A program made the translations under genes and the position numbers. Positions 39,794 to 49,376 of a stretch of 64,000 bases of DNA are shown here, piece after piece (the stretch's first letter is position 1; the number at the start of each line of letters is the position of its first letter). Below the pieces are notes generated by a model, which was not told the origin of the DNA, searched no databases, and was given only the letters and a program-made list of their open reading frames with translations. Origin of the DNA: an uncultured virus (IMG/VR IMGVR_UViG_3300034198_008248) (taxonomy: Duplodnaviria; Heunggongvirae; Uroviricota; Caudoviricetes); IMG/VR virus record IMGVR_UViG_3300034198_008248, positions 1 to 64,000 of that record, one strand, 5' to 3'.

Positions 39794-40321
39794 ATGAAAA
39801 ATATAAAGAAAGGTGATAAGATTCGTTGTATCAACCCCAACTTCGCATTGGTTGCTGATAAAATTTATACATTTGATCGTTATGATGATGAAGACGATGA
39901 ACTTCTTTTTGTAGAAGGAACCGATGAATCATTCTTCACTGTTAGATTTGAAGTTGTTGATAAGCCCGAAACTATGAAAGAATTAGTAAATAAGGCTTAT
40001 GACATTCTTCAATCTGGTAAGATTGTTACTATGTTTATTGATACATACACTCCAGAAAGTATCGAAATCTTTACCAAACCTACTAATAGATCATCCGCTT
40101 TAGTCACTGATGATATTAAAAGGAATGGCTTTTCTGTAGCCCTCAGAATGACCAATGATTTAGTCATCCCAGTAAACCAACTAACTATTGTATCAAACAT
40201 TGTTAAGGATGTGGGAGATTATGAAGCTATTGTGGAGAAAGATTTCATTAAAGTAGGATGCCAATTCATCCCTTGGTCCAAGGTAGAAGAAATTGTAGAA
40301 TTACATAAGAAATTGTCATAA
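39794..40321 (+). CDS. Hypothetical protein, paralogue of 40326..40913
   Basis: Shared C-terminus YxAxV..D..xVGCQxIP. Confidence 0.75.
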   Translation: MKNIKKGDKIRCINPNFALVADKIYTFDRYDDEDDELLFVEGTDESFFTVRFEVVDKPETMKELVNKAYDILQSGKIVTMFIDTYTPESIEIFTKPTNRSSALVTDDIKRNGFSVALRMTNDLVIPVNQLTIVSNIVKDVGDYEAIVEKDFIKVGCQFIPWSKVEEIVELHKKLS

Positions 40322-40325
40322 AACT

Positions 40326-40913
40326 ATGAATATCATCACAATGAAAGAAAAAACAACAACACCAGCAGGCTTGAAAATCGGATACAAAGTAAAACTACTC
40401 CCTAAGCATTATGGATCATTCGATTATGATGTAAGTGAAACATATACAATCAATGAAATCGGTAGTAATGGAAGAGACATCCATATTGTCGATTCTAAGG
40501 GTAATGATCGTTCTTGGTGGGATGATGATAAGTTTGAACTGGTAAGTTCTGAACCAGACTATATGAAACAATTCAAAGCAGCCACCAAACTTATTGGTAA
40601 AAAGGTATCCTATGTTAATGGTTCATTTGCCCATATAAAGGTTAAGAATGTTGTTTTGGTATCCAAGGAATCAACAAGCAATAAATCTGATTTAGTTCAT
40701 GATTATCTTAAAACCCATGAGTTCTGTGTAGTTTGTACTGATAGTGGTGTATGTGTACCATTCGAGAGTGTCACCCCACTCGGAGAATATAAGGAACTGA
40801 AGATCTCCGATGAGTATACAGCCAAGGTTTATGAGGATAAGGTTGTGGTAGGATGCCAAACTATTCCTCTGGATACGGTAAAAGAACTCATTAAGTTGGC
40901 TGAGAATATCTAA
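40326..40913 (+). CDS. Hypothetical protein, paralogue of 39794..40321
   Basis: YTAKVYEDKVVVGCQTIP. Confidence 0.75.
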   Translation: MNIITMKEKTTTPAGLKIGYKVKLLPKHYGSFDYDVSETYTINEIGSNGRDIHIVDSKGNDRSWWDDDKFELVSSEPDYMKQFKAATKLIGKKVSYVNGSFAHIKVKNVVLVSKESTSNKSDLVHDYLKTHEFCVVCTDSGVCVPFESVTPLGEYKELKISDEYTAKVYEDKVVVGCQTIPLDTVKELIKLAENI

Positions 40914-40952
40914 ATCCAACGAAACAAAGAAATTCAAAGAATACAAGAATAT

Positions 40953-41246
40953 ATGAAAGAAGTGATCAATACAAGTCGGGATACAGTAAATGTATCAGAA
41001 GTGAATTCGTATAAATTTTATGGGTTTGTTCAGAATCATACAAATTCAAAAGGATTTATTTCAAGAGTGAGTTATGGTGGTGGAAATTATCAAATGAAAG
41101 CCATTACAGAATTGACTGAAGGAAATTCATGGCCTTCACATTCACGAAGTAATCTTCAAGGTACAATCGAAAATCTTTTGAATAAAAACTTCACAGTATA
41201 TCAATTCGATACTTCTAAAGAATTGTTTACTTGGTTGGCTGAATAA
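40953..41246 (+). CDS. Hypothetical protein, paralogue of 41367..41669
   Basis: EVNSYKFYGF...TEGNSW...YQFDTSKELFTW. Confidence 0.75.
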   Translation: MKEVINTSRDTVNVSEVNSYKFYGFVQNHTNSKGFISRVSYGGGNYQMKAITELTEGNSWPSHSRSNLQGTIENLLNKNFTVYQFDTSKELFTWLAE

Positions 41247-41267
41247 AGTTTGCATCATGGTGGTGTA

Positions 41268-41336
41268 AAACCCTCTCTGAGTATATTAACAAATGCCGTT
41301 TGTTTTTCATCATGACTCAGAGAGGGTTTCTTTTTC
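41268..41336 (+). terminator. Terminator-like inverted repeat
   Basis: AAACCCTCTCTGAGT/ACTCAGAGAGGGTTT followed by T-run. Confidence 0.6.
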
Positions 41337-41366
41337 TTATAGAACACTAGAATAGAATAAACGTAT

Positions 41367-41669
41367 ATGAAGACTGTAATTTTTGAGGAGCAAAGTAAGT
41401 CCGTTGTAGATATTAAAGAGGTGAATTCCATGAAGTATTATGGATTCATTTCATCTGATAACTATCCGGGATATATTGCATCTGATGATATGGGTAAACT
41501 ATCATTCAAACCCAAATTCTTTTTCTCTATGACTGAGGGTAATAACTGGTATTCTGAAGGAACTGAGACTCTTCAAGAATGTATGAAGATGCTCAATGAT
41601 GAAGGTAATGTTAAGATTTACGAGTTTGAAACCTATCAGGAACTCTTGGCATGGGGTTCTAAGCAATAA
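41367..41669 (+). CDS. Hypothetical protein, paralogue of 40953..41246
   Basis: EVNSMKYYGF...TEGNNW...YEFETYQELLAW. Confidence 0.75.
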   Translation: MKTVIFEEQSKSVVDIKEVNSMKYYGFISSDNYPGYIASDDMGKLSFKPKFFFSMTEGNNWYSEGTETLQECMKMLNDEGNVKIYEFETYQELLAWGSKQ

Positions 41670-41690
41670 ACACTAACCTAGAATAACACT

Positions 41691-41918
41691 ATGAAAATTA
41701 CTAATATTACTCCTCCATCTGAGCGTATTTTTACCCTTGAACTTACTGAGAATGAACTGAAGTATCTCGGTTTGATTGTAGGTAATACTAGTTCTGTTAC
41801 TATAGAAAATCTTATCGAGGAAAAATCATGGAAGATATGTAATCTTCCGGGTATCAAATCTGATGAGGAATTCGCCTGTAAGTTCTACAATATGATCGTA
41901 GATACCTTTGAATCATAA
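41691..41918 (+). CDS. Hypothetical protein
   Basis: Motif upstream. Confidence 0.65.
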   Translation: MKITNITPPSERIFTLELTENELKYLGLIVGNTSSVTIENLIEEKSWKICNLPGIKSDEEFACKFYNMIVDTFES

Positions 41919-43128
41919 CTATTATTACTTTGATCTGACAATTAAATCAATCTAATAAAAAAGTTGATTTGACAGATTGATCAAAGTGTGGTAGAAAACT
42001 TGCACTGGAATATATCAATAGAACACTAGCGTAGACTAAGGACATGCGACTGAAAGAATGGTTGAGGATAAGATTGGATAGAGAATTGTATATCGATGAA
42101 TGGCATCGAGAAGAGTTATACAATCTCTATAGGAGTTTGTCATGATAACTTTATCAATTTAATAACTTTATTGATCTGACAAACTTGCCATGATCTAATA
42201 AAACATTTACTGTGGTGGTAAACAGTCCCCCTCCCGATGAATATGTGGTGATGGAACGGGAGGGGGACACACTTTCTTATATATAAAAATACGATCACCA
42301 GACTAAATAATATTGTCTTAAAAGATCCTCTTACTATAAGCGGGGATAAGGTTCACTGAACTGCCTCCATGATAATGATTCCTGATAAGATAGAGAAGGG
42401 AGACTGCTATAACATTCCCAAGCAGAAAGTTACTGTAACAAACTAGATAAATGAAATGATACTAATAAAGGTTCGATGCCTTTTCAACAATCTCGGGTCT
42501 TTCAACCATACTGATAAAAAAACATATCCTAAAGAACGCAAGCGGAAAATTATCATGATTTCTTCCGCTAAAATTGTTTATAAAACACTAGGGTAGAATT
42601 AGTTTACCATGAAACCCATCAACTATACAGATAAGATCTCTGGTAGGTACTATGATACTTTGACTCCAGTAAATAAGACTGTGAGAGTATTGAATAAGAC
42701 CAGAATTGCTAAGATTAAGAAGTGGATTCACTTTTGGAGTCTTATGATTGGTTTTTCGGACTTCAAGAAACGATAAAACACTAGGATAGAATAGAGGGGA
42801 TGAAATATCTTTCCGCCATAATTCTCCTGATTTGTTTCGCCGTATATTTAGAAAACGCCCCCGATTCCCATCCTATACATAAGGGAATGAAAAAAGCGGG
42901 TGAGTGGGTCGTTGAAACACTAGAGCAGAATGAAGGGGCATGATCATCATGATTCCCACCGACTCCACCGAAAAGAACGATGCCCTATTGGATGCCTACC
43001 TCGAAAGCAAAGAGCATTAAACACTAGGACAGAATGAAAGCACGAAATGGTTCATCCTACCAGAAAGGATGCGGGAAGCTCTCGAAAGAAGCAAGTCGAA
43101 TAAAACACTAAGATAGAATATAGACGTT

Positions 43129-43629
43129 ATGCAAACCACCACTACTACCCCTATCGCCGCCCCAACCGCAACTGCTAAGAAGCCCGTTCAATTCACGTTC
43201 GGAATCACAGAAAACCTCAAAAATGAGGCCACTGAACTCCGCAAGGGCTTCACCCGCCCCGCTGCCGTTGCCAAGGCCCCTCCCATCCCTATGTCTGAAA
43301 AAGAGTGCTTTGAGGTGCTTTACAAGGTCGCAACGGATCGCCGCTTCAAAACCGTGCCAGTGATGGAATCGGTCGAAGTCGATGGGGAAGCTGTTGAGGT
43401 GCAAGCCTTGGATGAGGACGGCAACCCTGTTTTCGAAACCAAGGATTTGATCGGGGAGGCATGGGAAGCGATTAAGGTTCGCGACTATTCTGAAACCGTT
43501 AGCAAGACGCCGACCATCGATGGGTTGGTTGCTCAAATTCGTAAGTATGGCGCGGCCCTTGGATTGTCTGAAGATGCGATTGCCGCAATGGTGGCGACTG
43601 CAACCGCCCCCGCAACCGCAGCGGAATAA
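43129..43629 (+). CDS. Hypothetical protein in the GC-rich island, Ala/Thr/Pro-rich ends
   Basis: Motif upstream; GC hairpin downstream. Confidence 0.75.
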   Translation: MQTTTTTPIAAPTATAKKPVQFTFGITENLKNEATELRKGFTRPAAVAKAPPIPMSEKECFEVLYKVATDRRFKTVPVMESVEVDGEAVEVQALDEDGNPVFETKDLIGEAWEAIKVRDYSETVSKTPTIDGLVAQIRKYGAALGLSEDAIAAMVATATAPATAAE

Positions 43630-43645
43630 CCCTCCAAGCCCTTCC

Positions 43646-43677
43646 CGCCCCTTGTCCCTAACCCGGACAAGGGGCGG
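43646..43677 (+). terminator. GC-rich hairpin
   Basis: CCGCCCCTTGTCC/GGACAAGGGGCGG. Confidence 0.55.
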
Positions 43678-43757
43678 CACTTTCGAGAGCTTGGAAGCGA
43701 TTCTAAGAGCTTTCGAAAGTGCTTCAGAGGATGAAACACTAGAGCAGAATGATGATG

Positions 43758-43840
43758 CCGCTGGGTGGCGATAGTTCACCCGTTCCTTTTTACTCCACTT
43801 GCTAGTCATTGCCAAGGAGAGTGACGAAGCCACCCAGCGG
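43758..43840 (+). ncRNA. Candidate small RNA between two promoter motifs
   Basis: Perfect 12-bp terminal stem CCGCTGGGTGGC/GCCACCCAGCGG. Confidence 0.5.
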
Positions 43841-44052
43841 ATGAAACACTAAGATAGGATGTAAGTAGCTTAAATGCCTTTTCCGCTCGGTGCGGGTAGC
43901 CCTTGAAGAGGGCTAGGAAAAACATAATCAACCGCCAGCGATTGCAAGCGTGAGGTGGAGATGGGGAATAGCTACCCCCGGACAGATTATGAGGGTTCGA
44001 TTCCCCGCGAGGCCACCCCTTTCCGTTTGAAACACTAGAATAGAATTCAATC

Positions 44053-44274
44053 ATGTCCACCACATTAACGCCTGATACCGCCGCCTATGTCATCACCAAA
44101 CGCTCCGCGTATCTCAAACGCCAGTGCCTACTAGGGCATGGTGACAGTGAAGAGGAGGCTTTCCATGATGCCTTCGGCCCTAAGCCTTGGAGCCCGCAAC
44201 AAAGGAGGTCCGCCGCTGCCTGCAACGTGCGCAAGGTTGACCAGTTCGAACTCAACGAACTCCTCTGGAGTTGA
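44053..44274 (+). CDS. Hypothetical protein
   Basis: Motif upstream. Confidence 0.65.
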   Translation: MSTTLTPDTAAYVITKRSAYLKRQCLLGHGDSEEEAFHDAFGPKPWSPQQRRSAAACNVRKVDQFELNELLWS

Positions 44275-44284
44275 AACACTAGGA

Positions 44285-44347
44285 AGGGGCATCGGTTGTA
44301 ATGATCGATGCCCCTGCATACTCTAGTGATGAAACACTAGAGTATGC
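44285..44347. repeat. Two abutting inverted repeats; the second overlaps the promoter motif
   Basis: AGGGGCATCG/CGATGCCCCT then GCATACTCTAGTG-ATGAAA-CACTAGAGTATGC. Confidence 0.85.
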
Positions 44348-44400
44348 TTGCGTTAGGAATTGGATAGGTATGCTAGTGTTTTATGGATGGGGAGGGGGCC

Positions 44401-44490
44401 ATAGAAAAATATATTTTTTAATAAATTTTCTCAATTTTCCTGTATAGAAAAATATATTTTTTAATAAATTTTCTCAATTTTCCTGTATAG
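44401..44490. repeat. 43-bp AT-rich tandem duplication
   Basis: ATAGAAAAATATATTTTTTAATAAATTTTCTCAATTTTCCTGT x2 plus ATAG. Confidence 0.95.
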
Positions 44491-44575
44491 CTTAAAAAAT
44501 TTTTTTGTATTTTTTTTTTCATTTTATATAGGATTTTTTTATTATCCATGATATCGCCACAGCAACGCATTACAT

Positions 44576-45226
44576 TTATTCCAATTCAGTGTTTTTTGAA
44601 GGTGGGGTGTTTTTAAATTCGGTCATATAGCTATCATCTGTGAATTGATGTCGTTTGTTTTCTACGCTATATACGGTTAGATCAATTTTGTAATTGGGAT
44701 TTTTATCGAGTGGAGTATCGACCCATGCATCATCATGCCATATAATTCTATTATTTGGGTAGATATAAAAATTACCATTATCCATTTTAAATAAGTGTCC
44801 ACACTTATGTTCTGGAGTTTCGCTAAAATTCGTATCAATCATTGCTTTATTTTCCCACCCCCAATCGAGAGTCATCATATATTCTCCCCATTTTTTCTCA
44901 TTACTTGGGGTGATAAGTTTCGCTCTTAGGTTTTTCATTCTTGCTCTCACGTTTACATCTATATATGGGCTGAAACAATCCCAATACATTGCTTCCTCTA
45001 AGTTGACAGGTTCACATTCTTTCCAACAAAAAGCGGTAATTGGTCTTCTAGTCCAGTTCACACCATTTGTTAAAAATGCTTCGAATAGGGGAACTCTTTT
45101 TTCCATAGAGGCAACACTATGCACATCACACAGCGAGTATTCACCATGGCCGCTTTCATGATTAAAAAGATATTGATTGCGAATCAGGCAGGTGATTGTT
45201 GGAACGTTGTGATTTAAATAAGGCAT
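44576..45226 (-). CDS. Hypothetical phage protein
   Basis: 216 aa; TTGACT-N17-TATAAT-N6-ATG upstream. Confidence 0.8.
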   Translation of the reverse strand: MPYLNHNVPTITCLIRNQYLFNHESGHGEYSLCDVHSVASMEKRVPLFEAFLTNGVNWTRRPITAFCWKECEPVNLEEAMYWDCFSPYIDVNVRARMKNLRAKLITPSNEKKWGEYMMTLDWGWENKAMIDTNFSETPEHKCGHLFKMDNGNFYIYPNNRIIWHDDAWVDTPLDKNPNYKIDLTVYSVENKRHQFTDDSYMTEFKNTPPSKNTELE

Positions 45227-45274
45227 GAGTATATTATACCATCGATTTTGCTTAAGTCAAGCATAAATACTATT

Positions 45275-46999
45275 ATGCATTTATCCTTGTGTGAATTATC
45301 CGACATTTATTCGACTTTATTAGAAGAAGGCGTGGAAGAAAAAATACCAAAGCTCTTATCCTTGGTTCCTTTATCAAACAATATAGGTGGTTTTAAGATT
45401 GAAAACGATGACAATAAAGCCGACTTTATTCGGTGGGTTTCCGAGATGTTTGATCCATCCCCTAATGGAATGTACCTGAATTGGATTCTTAAGATGTTTA
45501 AGAACGGTATTTTGAGAGGGGAAGAAGATTCGGATAAAGTAAACAACACTCTAAAACTATTCACCACTCTTAAAATAAAACCTCAATTTCCAGCAGAGTA
45601 TAGGGACATAAATCGTTTTAAATCTTATGGAGACTTAGCTGAAGTGGTTGATAAGTTTTCGGGTATTAAGACCAAGGGTGAGATGGTAAGGGAGAAGGAG
45701 AAAGGTATTACTCTAATGGAGGAGTATGATGAATATAAATTGTATGTAGTTACCGAATCTGAAGCTGGTGCTAAACATTTTCGTAATACGAAGTGGTGTG
45801 TCAAAGATCCTCGATACTTTGATAATTATGGTGCTCCGTATTATTATTTCACAGAAAATGATGAACCATATACTTTACTTCATTTGGACTCTAATCAATG
45901 CATGGATGTTCAAGACCGCGATACATCTCTGAATCAGAATCAGATTGACATGATGGAGACTGAAAAGATGACCAAATATGTAGTGGCTAATGATAATTCT
46001 GAGGACGCTTTAGTTAGTTATAATGAACGGGTCGGTGAGGGATACGATGGAATTATCGCTGAGTATGTTGAAAAACAATTGAATGATTTAGTTTCTCAAT
46101 ACGATTTTAAACATTATCATTTGAATACAGATGATATATCTGATGAGTATTATAATGCTATTGGATTTATCACTTATAATTTTGAAGGACTGGAAGATTA
46201 TTTTGATGATAGAGATTTTATAGAGATAGTAAAAAATGCTCTGAATGATATTAATATATATCCAGATTATTTGTATTCCGATAATTTTTCAGAAGATGGG
46301 GTAAATGTTACTATCGAGTATGATAGCCAATCAGATTATCGATCTAAAACCAGAATGGATAAACTAAGGTCTTTTTTAGATGACTTGAGGAATTACGATG
46401 ATAGTTATGAAAGTGATATAGAAAAATTCGAAGAGCGTTTAAATGAAAATCTATTAGAGAAAGGCTATATCTCATCTTCATGGAAAACCTTTAAAAATAA
46501 AGTTTTGGATAATATTGTTTCAGATAAATACCGAAACACCTTCGAAAAGACAGAGAGAAAAAGATCAAATTTTTTCGTGTTGACATTCGACAATCCAGTG
46601 AAAACATATCCAGAAGACAGAAATATGAGAATTAAACAAGCAGCCTTGGAAGAGAAATTTTTCTCACCCATTAGAAAAAACGTTAATCATATATATGTGG
46701 AAGAAGAACGAGGGAAAATAGTTATTTCATATATTCCTTCATTTGATGAAGATATGTCTCTTGATAATTATTTGAGAGATTTTAAAATATTCAAATCTTT
46801 AAATATTCATTTTGACGATTATCAAAATCAAATAAACAATTTCTATAATTACTTACATTCTGGTGCTGTTCAAACTGGTCGAGAAGAAATTCCAGTTCTC
46901 ACATTACGCTCTAGAAAATCTCCCCCAGAACAAGGATACTTCCAATTTAAAGAAAGCAAAATAAAAACCTTTTCTCAATTATTGAGTAGAATTAAATAA
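45275..46999 (+). CDS. Large acidic late protein, possible internal head protein
   Basis: TAAATA upstream; TKWC motif; IYSTLLEE N-terminus and KTFSQLL C-terminus. Confidence 0.75.
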   Translation: MHLSLCELSDIYSTLLEEGVEEKIPKLLSLVPLSNNIGGFKIENDDNKADFIRWVSEMFDPSPNGMYLNWILKMFKNGILRGEEDSDKVNNTLKLFTTLKIKPQFPAEYRDINRFKSYGDLAEVVDKFSGIKTKGEMVREKEKGITLMEEYDEYKLYVVTESEAGAKHFRNTKWCVKDPRYFDNYGAPYYYFTENDEPYTLLHLDSNQCMDVQDRDTSLNQNQIDMMETEKMTKYVVANDNSEDALVSYNERVGEGYDGIIAEYVEKQLNDLVSQYDFKHYHLNTDDISDEYYNAIGFITYNFEGLEDYFDDRDFIEIVKNALNDINIYPDYLYSDNFSEDGVNVTIEYDSQSDYRSKTRMDKLRSFLDDLRNYDDSYESDIEKFEERLNENLLEKGYISSSWKTFKNKVLDNIVSDKYRNTFEKTERKRSNFFVLTFDNPVKTYPEDRNMRIKQAALEEKFFSPIRKNVNHIYVEEERGKIVISYIPSFDEDMSLDNYLRDFKIFKSLNIHFDDYQNQINNFYNYLHSGAVQTGREEIPVLTLRSRKSPPEQGYFQFKESKIKTFSQLLSRIK

Positions 47000-47004
47000 C
47001 TGAT

Positions 47005-47841
47005 ATGATCACCTTCAAAAAATATTTTACACTCTTACAAGAACAAAATTATGAAGTTAATACACCAAGTATAAAATCTTTATCAAAAATCCCAAAATCT
47101 CCACCGTATGGTTTTTGGATGGATAGGCATGGAAATCTTGAAACTGTATGGAAATGGGCAGAACATGAGAATGCAGCTAGGCGATTAGTTAGGCATGGTA
47201 AAATATTATCTGAGTATGATGAAGATAATATGAGTAAAATTCTACTACAAAAAGGTTGGGCTAGGATTGTTGTAGAACCTACAAATCAAATACATTGTGA
47301 AACGATTAATAATGATATGTCAACTGGGCAAAGAAAAACGTTAAAGTATTTGAAGGAATTGTATCCTGAATTGCCTAGTATGTATACTTCCCGAAATTGG
47401 ATGATGGACGAGGATGAAAATCCATATATGTATAGTTCGGATGACGAGGACGAAGAATTCACTAAATCACCATTTGCTGTATTCGTGGTTTATCAGTTTC
47501 CCGATGGGAAGATAGCCGCGACTACCAGACCATCGGATAGAAAATCTGATGATGATGGTAACGGAAAATATGGTTTACCGGGAGGTAAGGTTGATCCGGG
47601 TGAAGATCCTATGGAAGCTGCTATTAGAGAATCTATGGAAGAAGGCTGGATCGTAGAAAATTTAGAACTAAAACATTCTGATATAGTTCAAGGAAAATTA
47701 GTATGGTGGTATAAAGCAAATTACGCAAAACCTCTTAAGGAATATAAGGAAAAATATAGAGGTATTATTCCATGTAAAGTAGATATGAATAAATTACAAG
47801 GATTTGGTAATGATATTGCTATTCCAAAATCTATTAAATAA
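47005..47841 (+). CDS. Nudix hydrolase domain protein
   Basis: PGGKVDPGEDPMEAAIRESMEEG; TAAATA upstream. Confidence 0.88.
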   Translation: MITFKKYFTLLQEQNYEVNTPSIKSLSKIPKSPPYGFWMDRHGNLETVWKWAEHENAARRLVRHGKILSEYDEDNMSKILLQKGWARIVVEPTNQIHCETINNDMSTGQRKTLKYLKELYPELPSMYTSRNWMMDEDENPYMYSSDDEDEEFTKSPFAVFVVYQFPDGKIAATTRPSDRKSDDDGNGKYGLPGGKVDPGEDPMEAAIRESMEEGWIVENLELKHSDIVQGKLVWWYKANYAKPLKEYKEKYRGIIPCKVDMNKLQGFGNDIAIPKSIK

Positions 47842-47846
47842 CCGAT

Positions 47847-49376
47847 ATGATCCCATTCAAAAAATTCTTCTTCGAATCAGTCAATAATAATCTAGATGAC
47901 TTTTCAGAGAAATGGAATAAGGCTATCTCATCTTCTGAAGAACTCCGAGTAGCCTTGAATCTGATGAACAAGATTGTTGATCTGTTTCCTTCTGGAGAGA
48001 TTTATATTGTTGGTGGTGTTCCTCGTGACCTTATTATGGGTAACGAGATCGATGATGTTGATATGGCAACTAATATCCCCTTCGAGGATTTGTCTCAACA
48101 TTTTGAGTTGCGTAATATATCAAAGAATGATTCTCAACCAGTTTATACTATCCTATATAACAACTATGCTTATGACTTAGCTAAATTTAGGGAAGATTCT
48201 CAAACTGAAATGGGAAGACAGAGTAATGTTTCTGTAGAGGTTGATAGTTTTGAAACGGATACCAAACGTAGGGATATTACTATCAATAGTTTTGGTCTTG
48301 ATCATCGTGGTAGGATTGTAGATTATCAGGGTGGTTTACAGGATCTTCAGAATAAATTAATTCGTGCAGTTGGTAATCCTAGAGAGAGGTTTAAGGAGGA
48401 TGCTACCCGTTTGCTTCGTGTCTTCAGATTCGCAGCTAAGATGGACTTTGATATTGAGCCAGAGACTCTACAAGCTGCTAAAGAATTGAAGCACTTGTTA
48501 CAAGATTCTTCTCTGATTTCTATGGAGAGTATTTCTCAAGAAATGTTTAAAGCAGCCAAATCAGGAAGAACTCTATCAAACTTTTTAAGTAAGCTTACTG
48601 AAGCTGGAATATTACAAGATATTCTTCCAGAGTTTCATGCGATGGATGGAATGATGCATAATCCGAAATATCATCCAGAAGGGGAGAGTAAAGTTCTTGG
48701 TCACATTCACGAATGCTTAAAAGTTTCACCTTATAGTGATCCTGTGATTAACTTAGCTGTTCTTTTCCACGACTTTGGAAAAGCTACAACTAGAGGTGAA
48801 AAGAATGGACATTCTACATATTATGGTCATGAAGCTGCTGGTGTTCCTATTGTTGAGGGAATCTTCAAAAGAATGAGATTCGCTAAACTAGGACCGAATG
48901 ATAAAAAGAACATTCTTGATGCTGTAGCTAAACATATGATGGTTCATAATCTAGATACACTCAATATAAAGACTCTCAGAAAATTGATTCATGATCCTTC
49001 ATGGGAGACTGTTAAGGCTGTGGCATATTGTGATGAAGCTTCTCGTGGTCCCGGTCTATTTGATAAACAAGAGTTTATGGATAAGATTGAGAGAGCAGAA
49101 GCTAAACTAAACACAGTTCCGGGAGGTGCTGATGCTCTGAAAAAACAAATAGCTCAGTATGCTAATGGTAATAAAATGATGCAATGGTTTCCACAATTCA
49201 AAACAAACCCCAAACAGATCGGTATGTATTTACCCAAATTACAAGATTGGGTGGCTGAGATGTTATTAAGTGGTAGAGAAATCTCAGAGCAGGATGTTCT
49301 CAAGAAGGCTAAACAAATGATTCCTTCCAATCATCTCATTAACCCTATTAGTTTTTTTACTCGATCACTAACATAA
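47847..49376 (+). CDS. cca: tRNA nucleotidyltransferase (CCA-adding) with HD domain
   Basis: VGGVPRD, DVDMAT, RRDITIN, EDATRLLRVFRF, HPEG, HDFGK. Confidence 0.93.
   Translation: MIPFKKFFFESVNNNLDDFSEKWNKAISSSEELRVALNLMNKIVDLFPSGEIYIVGGVPRDLIMGNEIDDVDMATNIPFEDLSQHFELRNISKNDSQPVYTILYNNYAYDLAKFREDSQTEMGRQSNVSVEVDSFETDTKRRDITINSFGLDHRGRIVDYQGGLQDLQNKLIRAVGNPRERFKEDATRLLRVFRFAAKMDFDIEPETLQAAKELKHLLQDSSLISMESISQEMFKAAKSGRTLSNFLSKLTEAGILQDILPEFHAMDGMMHNPKYHPEGESKVLGHIHECLKVSPYSDPVINLAVLFHDFGKATTRGEKNGHSTYYGHEAAGVPIVEGIFKRMRFAKLGPNDKKNILDAVAKHMMVHNLDTLNIKTLRKLIHDPSWETVKAVAYCDEASRGPGLFDKQEFMDKIERAEAKLNTVPGGADALKKQIAQYANGNKMMQWFPQFKTNPKQIGMYLPKLQDWVAEMLLSGREISEQDVLKKAKQMIPSNHLINPISFFTRSLT

Larger units (their letters stand above)
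1230..44339 (+). promoter_or_regulatory. Dispersed promoter-like motif AAACACTA-N3-(TATAAT-like)-N6/7-ATG, more than 50 copies
   Basis: Copies at about 1230, 1913, 3894, 5707, 6801, 9249, 10159, 10742, 13501, 14554, 16823, 18952, 21734, 23899, 25829, 27152, 28719, 30625, 33266, 37056, 39217, 41668, 43103, 44030 and others, nearly all just before a start codon. Minus-strand copies at about 44374, 52446, 57783, 59509, 61397. Confidence 0.9.

Noticed and set aside
43108..43833. 241-aa minus-strand ORF
   Set aside because: Shadow of the GC-rich plus-strand gene 43129..43629, which has the promoter motif
1230..44339. AAACACTA repeats as a CRISPR array or integron attC sites
   Set aside because: The core is only 8 bp, is not palindromic, is irregularly spaced by whole genes and is tied to a -10 hexamer; no cas or integrase gene is present
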